This document shows positions 1 through 10,900 of a stretch of 64,000 nucleotides of DNA, piece after piece (the first letter of the stretch is position 1; each line of letters opens with the position of its first letter). The notes beneath the pieces were generated by a model, which did no database searches, had not been told where the DNA came from, and saw only the letters and a list, made by a program, of their open reading frames with translations. Source of the stretch: an uncultured delta proteobacterium. GTDB taxonomy: Bacteria > Myxococcota > Myxococcia > Myxococcales > Myxococcaceae. The position numbers and the translations under genes are program-made. The stretch spans positions 96,001 through 160,000 of the forward strand of contig CAVZMH010000003.1 in assembly GCA_963776345.1 (NCBI GenBank), read 5' to 3'.

Positions 1-1
1 C

Positions 2-49
2 ACCACCACCCGGTGGGAGCTGATCGAGGGACGCCTGGTGCTCCGCTGA
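2..49 (+). CDS. 3' end of a CDS entering from the left edge (...TTTRWELIEGRLVLR*)
   Basis: Open frame with GC3-rich codons from the window edge to TGA at 47-49; too short to identify. Confidence 0.4.
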   Translation, partial: TTTRWELIEGRLVLR

Positions 50-172
50 GCGGCACCTCGCGAAGCGCGGGCCGCCGCTGACACGCTCGCCGCTGGGGAG
101 GCCCGAGTCGGCGGATCGAGGCACCTCCGAAGCGGGGTGCGGCGCGCCGGGCGCCCTCCGCTCGCTCCTGAC

Positions 173-629
173 TCAGCGCGGGAGCCGGCTCGTCCACGCC
201 CACGCCGTGGTGAAACACGAGGTGCCCACCGAGCCAGCCACCGGCGCCGAGCCCGCCCGCGACGAGCACCAGCGCGGCGACGTGGAGCACCCGTCCGACG
301 CCGGTCGGTGGCGCTGCGCCCCGGTACACCAGGTCCAGCACCGCGACGCAGGTGACCGAGAGCATCACCGCCAGGTGGGCCGACGCGGTCCGGAACGCCC
401 GTGGTTTCGCGTCCGCGATCGAGAGGTAATCCACGAACCCGGCCGAGGCGGCGATCACCGCCGCCGCCGTGCCGGCGATCAGCGCCCAGCGGCCCAGCAT
501 CCAGAGGAGGGGAGAGCCGAGCACCAGCGCCGTTCCATCCAGCGCCACCCAGAGCAGGAGCAGGACCATCGGGAAGTCGCTCAGCGCTGCATGCAGCGGA
601 TGCCCGCCGACGCGCAGCCCACGCGTCAT
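173..629 (-). CDS. DUF2231-like integral membrane protein; stop codon is 1 nt out of frame (probable indel near the 3' end)
   Basis: Not in the ORF track. Manual translation MTRGLRVGGHPLHAALSDFPMVLL...GGWLGGHLVFHHGVGVDEPAP has HPLH..FP and GG.LV..HGVGV motifs. ATG overlaps the upstream stop (ATGA). The frame runs to the window edge, and a TGA at 173-175 is one base off-frame. Confidence 0.65.
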
Positions 630-973
630 GTGCCGCCCATGGTGGCGACCAGGAGCAGGACGAATCCGGTCACCGCCACCAGCGCATGCACCACCACCAC
701 CGGGATGGGGAGCGGCTGCTTCCGGAGGTGGATCGACAGCAGGAAGAATCCCCCGAGCGCCGCGATCAGGAACACCACCAGCGCGGTCTTCGCCAGGGAC
801 GGCGCACCGGCGCCGGCCACCGCGAGGATCAGCACCACCAGTCCGATCGCCGCGGCCGCGCCGTGCACCAGCGCCAGCGGCAGCGGGGGATGGGGGGCGC
901 CCCGGAAGCGCTGGACGGCCATCGCCAGGCCTCCCAGCGCAGCGAGGGCGAACAGCACGAGTGCGGTCGTCAT
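626..973 (-). CDS. Small 4-TM membrane protein made of two internal repeats, each with a His
   Basis: 115 aa, hydrophobic; GGAGGA RBS upstream; repeats TALVLFALAALGG..PLPLALVHG and TALVVFLIAALGG..PIPVVVVHA. Confidence 0.75.
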   Translation of the reverse strand: MTTALVLFALAALGGLAMAVQRFRGAPHPPLPLALVHGAAAAIGLVVLILAVAGAGAPSLAKTALVVFLIAALGGFFLLSIHLRKQPLPIPVVVVHALVAVTGFVLLLVATMGGT

Positions 974-1098
974 CCGTGGTTCCTCCGGTTCCCTCTTGGA
1001 TGCCGGAGAGCCCCAGAGGTGACAGCGGCGCTAACATTCGTTGGACCCCAGGGCCGTGTCACCGTTGCGGACCCGGGGCATCCAATCCCCGGTTGCCC

Positions 1099-1846
1099 AT
1101 GCCCGAGCCAGTCCTGTCTCCAACCGCCTCCCCCGACGTCCCGGACGAGTCCCTCGTGACGCGCGTCGTCGCCGGTGAGAGCGCGTGCTTCGAGCTGCTG
1201 ATGCGCCGGAACAACGCGCGCCTGTACCGGGCGATTCGCTCGGTGGTTCGCGACGAGGACGCGGCCGAGGAGCTGATGCAGCAGACGTACGTGCTCGCCT
1301 TCAGCAAGCTCCCGCAGTTCTCCGGCGGCGCACGGTTCTCCACCTGGCTCCTGCGGATCGGTCTGAACGAGGCGCTCCAGAGGCTCCGGCGCGACCGCCG
1401 CTGGCCACGCGTGGCGCCGGACGCGCTGGAGGAGGAGCCGGACATGGGACAGGGCAGCGGAGCCAACCCCGAGCAGCGGCTGGCCCGCGCGCAGCTGAAT
1501 CACCTGCTCGAGCAGCTGGTGGACGCGCTCCCCGGAGTCGCACCGGTCGGTCTTCGTCCTGCGGGAGGTCCAGCAGCTCTCCACCGCCGAGGTCGCCGAG
1601 GCGCTCGGGCTCACGCCGGACAACGTGAAGCAGCGCCTCTCGCGCGCCAAGGCCCTGCTCCGCGCCGCGCTGGAGCAGCGCACCGGCGAATCCATCGCCG
1701 AGCTGTACCCGTTCGAGGCGCCGCGCTGCGATCGGGTCGTGGCGGGCGTCCTGGCCCGGCTCCCCGACGGCGGACTGAGGGCCCACTCCCGGAGACGGGA
1801 GGCCCACACCGCCCCACCTCTTCACCCCCGGCGCGGAACCCTGTGA
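1099..1846 (+). CDS. ECF (sigma-70 family) RNA polymerase sigma factor, frameshifted at ~1530-1533
   Basis: Region 2 (DAAEELMQQTYVLAF..FSTWLLRIGLNEA) is in one frame. Region 4 (LP|ESHRSVFVLREVQQLSTAEVAEALGLTPDNVKQRLSRAKALLR) is in the next. Removing one C from the CCCC run restores the frame. Confidence 0.85.
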
Positions 1847-1940
1847 TTTTGGTACGCTTCCCCAGGCTCCGCCGGACCGGGCTCGGCAGTGTTGCATCCC
1901 TCCGGTACACCTCAGCCACATCTCCAGGGAGGCCGCGCGT

Positions 1941-4900
1941 TTGGGGACCGGTGCCGATTCCGTCAAGGCGTACTCCGCCGTCCTGCACAAGAAGCCGAAC
2001 GACGCCGAGGCGCTCGCGGCGCTGGAGGCGTTGCTGAAGGACGAGACGGTGCGCGCCGAGGCCGCGCGGGCCCTCATCCCCGCCTACGAGGCGGTCAAGG
2101 AGCACCGGAAGCTGGTCGCCGCGCTCGATCTGGTCGCGGAGATGACCCAGGACCAGCTGGAGCGGGTGCTCGCGCTCCAGCAGGCCGCCCACGTCCACCT
2201 CCACCACCTCCGGCAGCCCGAGCTGGCCTTCGCCGCGCTCTCCCGCGCGCTGCGCCTCTCGCCGGCCGACCCGAACCTCCGCACCGCCGCCCGCCGCGCC
2301 GCCGAGGATGCGGACGCGATGGACGGGTTCGCCAACGTGCTCAAGGAGCTGGTGGGCCGTCCCGACGTCGAGCCGCCCGCGCGCGTCGCGCTCCACCGCG
2401 AGCTGGCGGACGTCCAGGAGAAGAAGCTCGACGACCGCCGCGGCGCCATCGGCCAGCTGGAGGCCGTCCTCGCGCTCGAGCCCGGGAACGGGGACGCGCT
2501 CCGGGCGCTCCAGCGGCTGCTCCGCGCCACGGACGACTGGCACCGGCTGGTCCCGGTTCTGGACACGCTCGCCGGCGTGGTGCCGGACCCGGCGGAGCGG
2601 CTCGCCCTCCTTCGCGAGATGGCCCTGCTCCTCGAGGGCAAGCTCGAGGACCGCGAGGCGGCAGCCGCGGCGTGGCGCCGGGTCTCGGAGGCCGACCCGC
2701 TGAACCGCGAGGCCGTCTCCGCGCTCGACCGGCTCTACACCGCGCTCGGGAAGTTCGAGAACCTGGCCTTCGCCCTCGAGCTCCGCCGGGCCCAGGAGGG
2801 CCAGAGCCCCCAGGGCCGTGAGGCGACCTTCCGGCTCGCCCAGCTCCGACGCGACAAGCTCCAGGACTTCGGCGGCGCGCTCCAGCTCCTCGGGCAGGTG
2901 CTCTCCGAGGACCCGGGGCACACCGCCACCGTGGACCTGCTGGAGGCCTGGGCACGCTCGCACGATCCGGACAGCCGGAGCGCGCTGGAGACGCTCGATC
3001 CGGTCCTGACCCGCTCCGGACAGCACGCGCGCCGGGTGGCGATCCGCGAGGCGCGGATGGCCGACGCGCTCACCGACGAGAAGATCCGTCTCTCCCAGGA
3101 GATCCGCTCCATCCAGGAGCGCGACATGGGCCAGCCGCAGCGGGCCTTCGTCGCCGCCGGCCAGGCCTTCGCCGCCAACGTCGACCGGGCGGGCTCCCGG
3201 GCCGACCTGGAGCGCCTGGCCCGGGTGACCGGGAGCTACGAGGAGCTGGCCGACGTCTACGAGCAGGTGGCCGCGGGCAACCGCGGGGCCGACCCGGACA
3301 AGATCGCCTGCCTCCGCCGCGCCGCCGAGCTGCGCGAGCACCTCGCCCAGAGCGACGAGGCGATCAAGGACTGGCAGGCGCTGCTCGCCGACGCGCCGCA
3401 GGACCGCCAGGCCCTCGACGCGCTGGGGAAGCTCTTCGAGCACACCAAGAACGCCAAGCAGCTCTCGGACGTCACCCTGCGCAAGGCCCAGCTCGCCGCG
3501 GACCCCCACGAGCGGCGCACCCTGCTGCTCAAGGCGGGCGAGGCGCTGGAGGCCGCGGCCGACGACGCCCGCGCCATCGACGCCTACAAGGAGGCGCTGG
3601 CGCTCCGGCGTGGGGCGGACGGGCTCGAGGCGCTGGACCGGCTCTACGCCCGGGGCCGCCGCTTCGAGGAGCAGGCCGACGTCCTGTCCCAGCTCGCCGC
3701 CTCCACCACCGGCGAGGTCCAGAAGGCCCACCTGCTCCGCCGGGCCCAGCTGCTCGAGCGGGAGAAGGAGCTACCCGCGGCGGTGGAGGGCTACGCGCGC
3801 CTCCTCGCCGTCGCGCCCACCGAGCCCAACGCGGTCGCCGGGCTGGAGCGGCTGATGGAGCTCCCCGACGTCCGGCCGGACGCGGCGCGCCTGCTCGAGC
3901 CGGTCTACCGGAGCCTGAACGACGTCCGGCACCTGGTGGAGGTGCTGGAGATCCGCCTCGCGGGCGCCTCGCCGCAGGACCGGCTCCCGCTCCTGGAGGA
4001 GATCGCCAACCTCCGCGAGACGCTGGGAGAGAAGGACCTGGCCTTCGCCGCGCGCGCTCGCAGCTTCAGCGAGGTGCCCGAGAGCCCCGAGGCCCGCGAG
4101 CAGCTGGAGCGGCTGGCGGCCGAGACCGGCGCGTTCGAGGAGCTGGCGGCGGCCTACCAGGACCAGCTCGAGCGCGGGGTCACCAACGCCACCTCCACCG
4201 AGCTCTGGCGCCGGCTGGCCGTCCTCTGGTCCGAGCGGCTCGACCGCATGGACCTCGCGGTGCGCGCCTACGAGGAGCTGGCGCGACGCGAGCCGAGGAA
4301 CGTGGCGGTGCTGGAGTCGCTGGCCCGCATCCACACCCGCGCCGGGGAGGCGCGAGAGCTGGCCGCGGTGATGAAGCGGATGGTGATGGCCGAGCCGTCG
4401 CCGCCGAAGCAGATCGATCTGCTCTTCCGCCTCGGCACGCTGGCCGAGGAGACGCTGTCCGACAAGCAGCTCGCCGCGCAGTGCTACGGGGAGATCCTCG
4501 CCCGGAAGCCGGACGACGAGGACGCGATCAAGTTCCTCGGCAAGGTTCTCACCGAGAGCGAGCGCTGGCCCGAGCTGGCCTCGCTCATCGTCCGGGAGAT
4601 CCAGCTCGCCGACTCCTCCGGCCGCCACGAGGAGATGTACGACCTGATGGTGCGCCTGGGCCGGCTGCGCATCGCGCGGCTCCGGGACCCGCGCGGGGGC
4701 CTGGACATCTTCGAGGACGTGCTCCGGAGGAAGCAGGGACACGCCGGGGCCATCGGCGCGCTGGAGGAGATGGCGCGCTCGGACAGCCCGCTCCGCGGCG
4801 AGGCGGCCGAGGCGCTCGAGCCCATCTTCACCTCCGGCGGCGACCACCTCCGGCTGGTGCAGATGCTCGAGTCGCGCGCCTCGACCGAGCCGGTGGCCGA

Positions 4901-7900
4901 GGAGCGCGCGGCGCTCCTCCGCAAGGTCGCCAAGCTCTACGCCGGGCCGATGCAGAACGGCGACCTGGCCTTCGTCTCCGCGAGCCGGGCGCTCCGCGAG
5001 CTCCCCGACGAGGAGGCCTCGCTCTCGCTGGTGGTCGCGCTCGCCGAGCGGGCCAGCCACGGCGGCGAGGAGCTGGCCTCGCTGCTCGAGGAGATCCTCC
5101 CCCGCGCCTCCGAGGACGCCGCCCGGGTGGCCATCCTCAGGGCGCTGGGCAAGGCGCAGGAGAAGCTCGGGCACCAGGCCGAGGCCATCGACGCCTGGCG
5201 GCGGGTGCTGGAGGTGGCGCCCTCCGACGGCGAGGCGATGGGGTTCCTGGTCCGGCTCTACCAGGCCGCCGGCCGCGCGCCCGAGCTGCTGGAGATCTAC
5301 AAGCGCCAGCTCTCGATCAGCGAGGAGCCGGCGGTCCGCGCCGCGCTGCTCTTCCAGATCGCCGGACTGCAAGACTCGGCGGTGCACGACACCGTCGGCG
5401 CCATGGCCACGCTCCGGCGCCTGCTGGAGCTGAAGCCGGATGACGCCCAGGCGCTGGAGAAGCTCGACGCGCTCTGCGAGAAGCAGGAGCGCTGGCCGGA
5501 GCTGGCGGACGTCATCGGCCGACGGCTGGCGCTGCCCGGCGGGGACCTCGACCTCGACCTCCGGCTGCGGCTGGCGGTGGTCCGCGAGACGCGGCTCCAC
5601 GACAAGATCGGCGCGCTCGAGCTGTACGGGCAGATCCTCTCCGCCCAGCCGAAGCACCCGGGGGCCCTGGCGCAGCTCGAGGCATGGGCGAAGCGGGAGC
5701 CCCAGAACAAGCCGCTGGTGGAGGTGCTCCTCGGCGCGTACCGCGTGACCGGCGAGCAGGCGAAGCTGGCGGGTCTGCTCGAGCTCCGGGTCGGCGCCTC
5801 GCCGGACCCGTTCGAGCGAAGGCAGCTCCTGATCGAGCTCGCCGGCCTGCACGAGGCGGGCCACGATCCCGCCGGTGTCTTCGGGGCCCTCGCCCGCGCC
5901 TTCCAGGAGGACCCGAACGACGCCGCGCTCCGGGCGCGCCTGGGCAAGGCGGCGGACGCCGCGCGGGCCCACGAGGCGCTGGCCCACCTCTACGAGGAGG
6001 AGCTCCCGCGCATCGCCGAGACGAAGGACGCCGCGGCGGCGCTCCTCGAGCTCGGCGGCCTGTACGAGCAGCACCTGTCGAACCCCGCCCGGGCCATCGA
6101 GGTCCTGGAGCGGGCGCGCACGCTCGACGCGGCGACCTCGCTCCCTGCGCTCACCGCGCTCTCCCGTCTCTACGGACAGGCCGGCCGGAGCGATCGCCTG
6201 GTCGAGAGCCTGGACGAGCTGGAGAAGCTCACCCCCGACGGGAACGAGCGGGTGCAGATCCTCTTCCGCCTCGGGCAGGTCGCCCAGGACGAGCTGGAGG
6301 ACGAGCCCCGCGCGGCGGACGCCTTCGAGCGGCTCCTGGCAATCGACAAGACGCACCTCCCGGCGGCCCGGCTGCTCGAGTCCATCTACGAGCGCAGCGG
6401 CACGCCGGACCGGCTGTTCAACGTGCTTCGCATCCAGCGCGACCTGACCTCGGGGCCGGAGCGGGAGCGCATCCTCGCCAAGATGGTGAAGGTCTCCGCC
6501 GAGGGGCTGGCGGACCTCGAGGCCTCCATCGAGCTGTACAGCGAGCTCTTTAAGAAGAACCCCAAGTCGGACCAGGCGTTCGGCGCACTGGAGCAGGCGC
6601 TGGAGAAGGCCGGCCGCTGGGAGGATCTCCGGGCGCTCCTCGCCGGGAAGATCCCCCAGACCGCCGACCCGCGGGAGCTGGTGCGACTGAATGAGAAGCT
6701 GGGCGTGGTGCTCTATCGGCAGCTCGGCCGGGCCGAGGAGGCCATCGCCCCGCTCCGCACCGCGCTGGAGCGCGACGCCCGGAACCGGAACGCGCTGGAG
6801 ACGCTGCGCGACATCGACGAGCAGCTCGGCCGCCGCGAGGAGCTGGTCGCGGTGCTGCGGCGGCTCATCCCGCTCCAGGAGGCTCCGGAGGGGGTGAAGG
6901 CCCTGCGGATCCGGCTCGCCGAGGTGCTGGGGGAGATGAGCCGGCGCGAGGAGGCCCTCGACGCCGCTCGCCGCTCGCTGGAGATCGAGCCCCACACCGT
7001 CGCCGACCTGGACCGGGTGGGGAAGCTGTTCCTCGGGTTGCGGGCCTTCGGCGACGCAGTGCGGGCGCTGGAGCTGAAGGCCGAGGTCTGGCAGCTGCTG
7101 GAGGAGAAGGACGGGGTCATCGCCGCGCTGTTCGAGATCGCCGAGGTGTGGATCGGCCAGGCCGGAAAGCCCGAGCAGGCCGCGCCCATCCTCGAGCGGG
7201 TGCTGGAGTTCGATCCGGCCAACCGCAACGCCTACGAGCGAGTGCTCTCGCTCTACTCGGACGCTGGCGACTGGCGCGCTTACGCGCAGGCCGTGGACCG
7301 GTATCTGCCGAACCTCGTCACCGACGAGGACAAGATCAAGGCGCTGCGCGAGCTGGGCCGCATCCGGGAGCAGAAGCTCGGGCAGAAGGACGGGGCGTTC
7401 CTCGCGCTCTGCCGCGCGCTGCAGCTCGACGCCTCGGACGACTCGCTCCGCGAGGACGTGGAGCGGCTCGCCCAGGAGACCGGCTCGTTCGAGGAGCTGG
7501 CCGCGGTCTACGAGCAGGTGGCGGACGAGCTCCCCAAGGGACCGCTGGCCGAGCGGCTGTACCTCGTGCTCGCCCGGGTGCAGGACCGGAACCTCGACGA
7601 TCCGGGCGAGGCCGAGGCGGCGCTGCGGAAGATTCTCGAGTTCGACCCCACCAACGCCTCGGCGCTGGACGCGATGGCCCAGATGTTCGGCCGCCGCGGG
7701 CGCGACCGCGAGCTGATCGTCTCGCTGGAGCAGAAGCTGGAGGCCGCGCCGTCGATCGAGGCCCGGAAGACGATCCTGCGGGAGGTCGCCCGCATCCACC
7801 TCGAGCGGCTGAAGGACCCGGAGGAGGCGGCGAACGCCCTCATCCGTGCGCTGGAGCTCGAGGCCGACGTGGAGACGCTGGCGGAGCTGGCCAGGCTCTA

Positions 7901-10900
7901 CCGCGAGCAGCACATGTGGGGCGATCTCGCCGCCACCCTCGCCCGCACCCGCGATCTGCTCCCCACCGCCGAGGAGCGGGCGCGGATGCAGGTCCAGGTC
8001 GCCGAGGTCCAGGAGCGGGAGATCGGCGACGAGGAGGCCGCGGTCGAGGCCTACCGCGAGGCCCTGGCGCTCGACCCCCGCAACAAGGAGGCGCTGGAGG
8101 CGCTGGAGCGGCTCTACACCCGGCTCGACCGGCCGGCGGACCTGCTCGCCATCTACGAGCGGCAGCTGGAGCTGACCGAGGACTACCGGGAGAAGGTGAA
8201 GATCCTCTTCCACTCCGCGGCCATCTGGGAGGACCGCTACCAGAACGCGGCCAACGCCGACGCCTGCATCGACGGGGTGCTGGCGCTGGATCCGACCAGC
8301 CTCCAGGCGATCAAGGCGCTGGAGCGGCTGCGGCGCGCGCAGGGACGGTGGGAGGACCTGGTCGGCGTGCTCGAGCGGCACATCCAGCTGGCGACCGACA
8401 CCCAGGAGCAGGCCGACATCATGGTGGAGGCCGGAGAGGTGCTCCGCACGCACCTGCACCAGACCGACAAGGCGGCCGACGCGTTTCAGGCCGCCCTTCA
8501 AGTCTTCCCCGGCCACACCCCGGCGCTCCATGCGCTGGGAACCCTCTACGAGCGGAGCGGCAACTGGCCCTTCGCGCTGGAGATGCTGCATCAGGAGGCC
8601 CAGGAGCTGGGACGCGACCCGCGCGCGGTGGAGGTGCTCCACCGGATGGGGAAGATCAACGAGGACATGCTGCAGGACGTGTCCTCGGCCAAGGCCTGCT
8701 ACGCCGAGGCGCTGCGGATTGACCCCGACTACCTCCCTTCGCTCCAGGCGGTCCGGGGCATCTACGAGAACGAGCAGGACTGGGACAGCTACGAGCAGAC
8801 CCTGGTCGCCGAGGCCCGGGCCACCGACGAGGCCTCGGCCAAGGCCCGCGCCTACCTGGCCATCGCCCGCTACCACAGCGAGCGCCGCGAGGACCCCGAC
8901 TCGGCGATGCACTGGTACGAGGAGGCGATCAAGCTCGACCCGGAGCTGGCCGACGCCGCGCTGCCTCTGTCCGACATCTACCTCGCCCGCGAGCGGTGGG
9001 AGCCCGCCGAGCAGATGCTCGAGGTGGTCATCCGCAGCTTCAAGGGCCGGCTCGCCACCGAGCAGGACGACGCGCTCTCCAAGGACCTCTGCCGGCAGGT
9101 CTACCGGATGGGCTACGTGCAGGAGAAGCTGGGGCGGCGGGACCGCGCGCTCGCCGCTTACGAGGAGGCCTACCAGCTCGACGCCACCTATCTCCCGGCG
9201 CTCGAGGGCTACGGAAATCTCCTGGTCCAGTCCGGCCGGCACGACCAGGCGCTGAAGGTCTTCCAGACCATCCTCATCCACCACCGGGAGGATCTGACCG
9301 ATCTGGAGATCGTCGAGCTGTACTGGCAGATCGGCGAGGTGCACATCGCGCTCAAGCAGCACGATCGGGCGCAGAACCACTTCGAGAAGGCGCTGGCCAT
9401 CGACCCCGGCCACGAGCCGAGCCTCCGGGCGCTGATCCAGCTCGCGGACGGGGCAGGGCGGTGGGACCGCTCGGCCGAGTACCGACAGGCGCTGGTCGGA
9501 GTGCTCGAGGGCGAGCCGAAGGCCGAGGCGGCGCTGGAGCTGGGTCAGCTCGCCCGCGACCGGCTGCGCGACCCGCACACCGCCATCGACGCCTACGCCC
9601 AGGCGCTGCGCATCCGTCCGCAGTCGCTCGAGGTGATGGACGCGCTCTACGTGCTGTACCGGGAGACGCGCCAGCCGGGGAAGGCGGCGGAGGTGCTGGA
9701 GACGATGCTCGGCCAGCCCGAGCTCCAGGCCGACGCCCAGCGCGCCAAGCGGGTGTGGTTCGCGCTCGGGGAGAGCCTGCGGGACGAGCTGCGCGACACC
9801 GGGCGCGCGGTGGAGGCGTTCAACGCCGCGCTGGACCTCGACCCGCAGTTCCTCGAGGCATTCGGCGCCATCGAGGCGATGCTCGGCGCGGCCAAGGAGT
9901 GGAAGCAGCTGGAGGAGAACTACGCCCGGATGATCCAGCGGCTCCCGAAGACCGACGAGACGGAGCCGGCGCGGATGGCGCTGTGGCGGGCGCTCGGTGA
10001 CCTGTACCTCCAGGTCCTCAAGCAGCCCGAGAGCGCCCTCATGGCGTACCAGGTGTCCGCGGCGGGACTCCCGGACGACGCCCCGGTCCAGGAGACCTAC
10101 GCCGAGCTGCTTCTCCAGTCCTCGGGCAACGAGGAGAAGGCGGTGCAGGCGCTGCGGCTGGCGCTGGCCCACACCCAGAATCCGAAGAAGGTGGCGAGCC
10201 AGCTGGCCGAGCTGGCCGCGCGCCGGAAGGACTACGACGGCGCCTGGCTCGCCGCCCAGGTCGTGGCAGGCCTGCTCGGCGATCCGGGGCCCGCGGAGAA
10301 GGAGATCATCAGCAAGCTCGGGCCGTACGCCAAGAAGCGGGAGACGCCTCGGGCCACGCTGAACGACCGGTCGTGGGCCCAGCATCTGCTGCACCCCAGG
10401 GTGCGAACCCCGTTCGCCGAGCTGATGGGGCTGCTCTTCCAGGGGGCCGGCCAGCTCTCCGCGGTCCCGCTGGCGCAGGCGCAGCTCGTCCCGAAGAAGC
10501 ACCGCATCGACGTGGCCACCGCGCAGGAGTACCAGATCCACCACTACCGGGCGGTGGCGCGGCTCCTGGGGCTCGAGGCGGTGGAGCTGTTCTCGCCCTT
10601 CCTCGTCGCCACCCGCGACAAGCTGGCCAAGCGCTCCATGGAGCCGGCGCCGGACCCGCTGCTCGCGGTGGAGATCGTCCACGCCCATCCGGTGTGTCTG
10701 AAGGTCGGCGGGAAGTTCTTCGGCGACCCGCAGGCCAAGGACACCCATGCGCAGCTGGGGCGCACCCTGGCGCTGCTCCGACCGGAGCTGATCTTCGCCT
10801 CGCGGTTCTCGCCCGAGCGACTGGCGGCGGTCTTCCAGGGCGCGGTGCTGCTCGCCGGCTTCCAGATGCGCTGGACCGCCCAGGCCGGGGCGATCGAGGC

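Noticed and set aside
1525..1540. Programmed ribosomal frameshifting at the broken genes
   Set aside because: No slippery heptamer or consistent signal at the five sites, and these gene families are not known to use it.
3771..10748. 2325-aa minus-strand ORF and many other long overlapping ORFs in the track
   Set aside because: Antisense or alternate-frame shadows expected in very high-GC DNA; no recognisable motifs, and the opposite frame carries the coherent protein.
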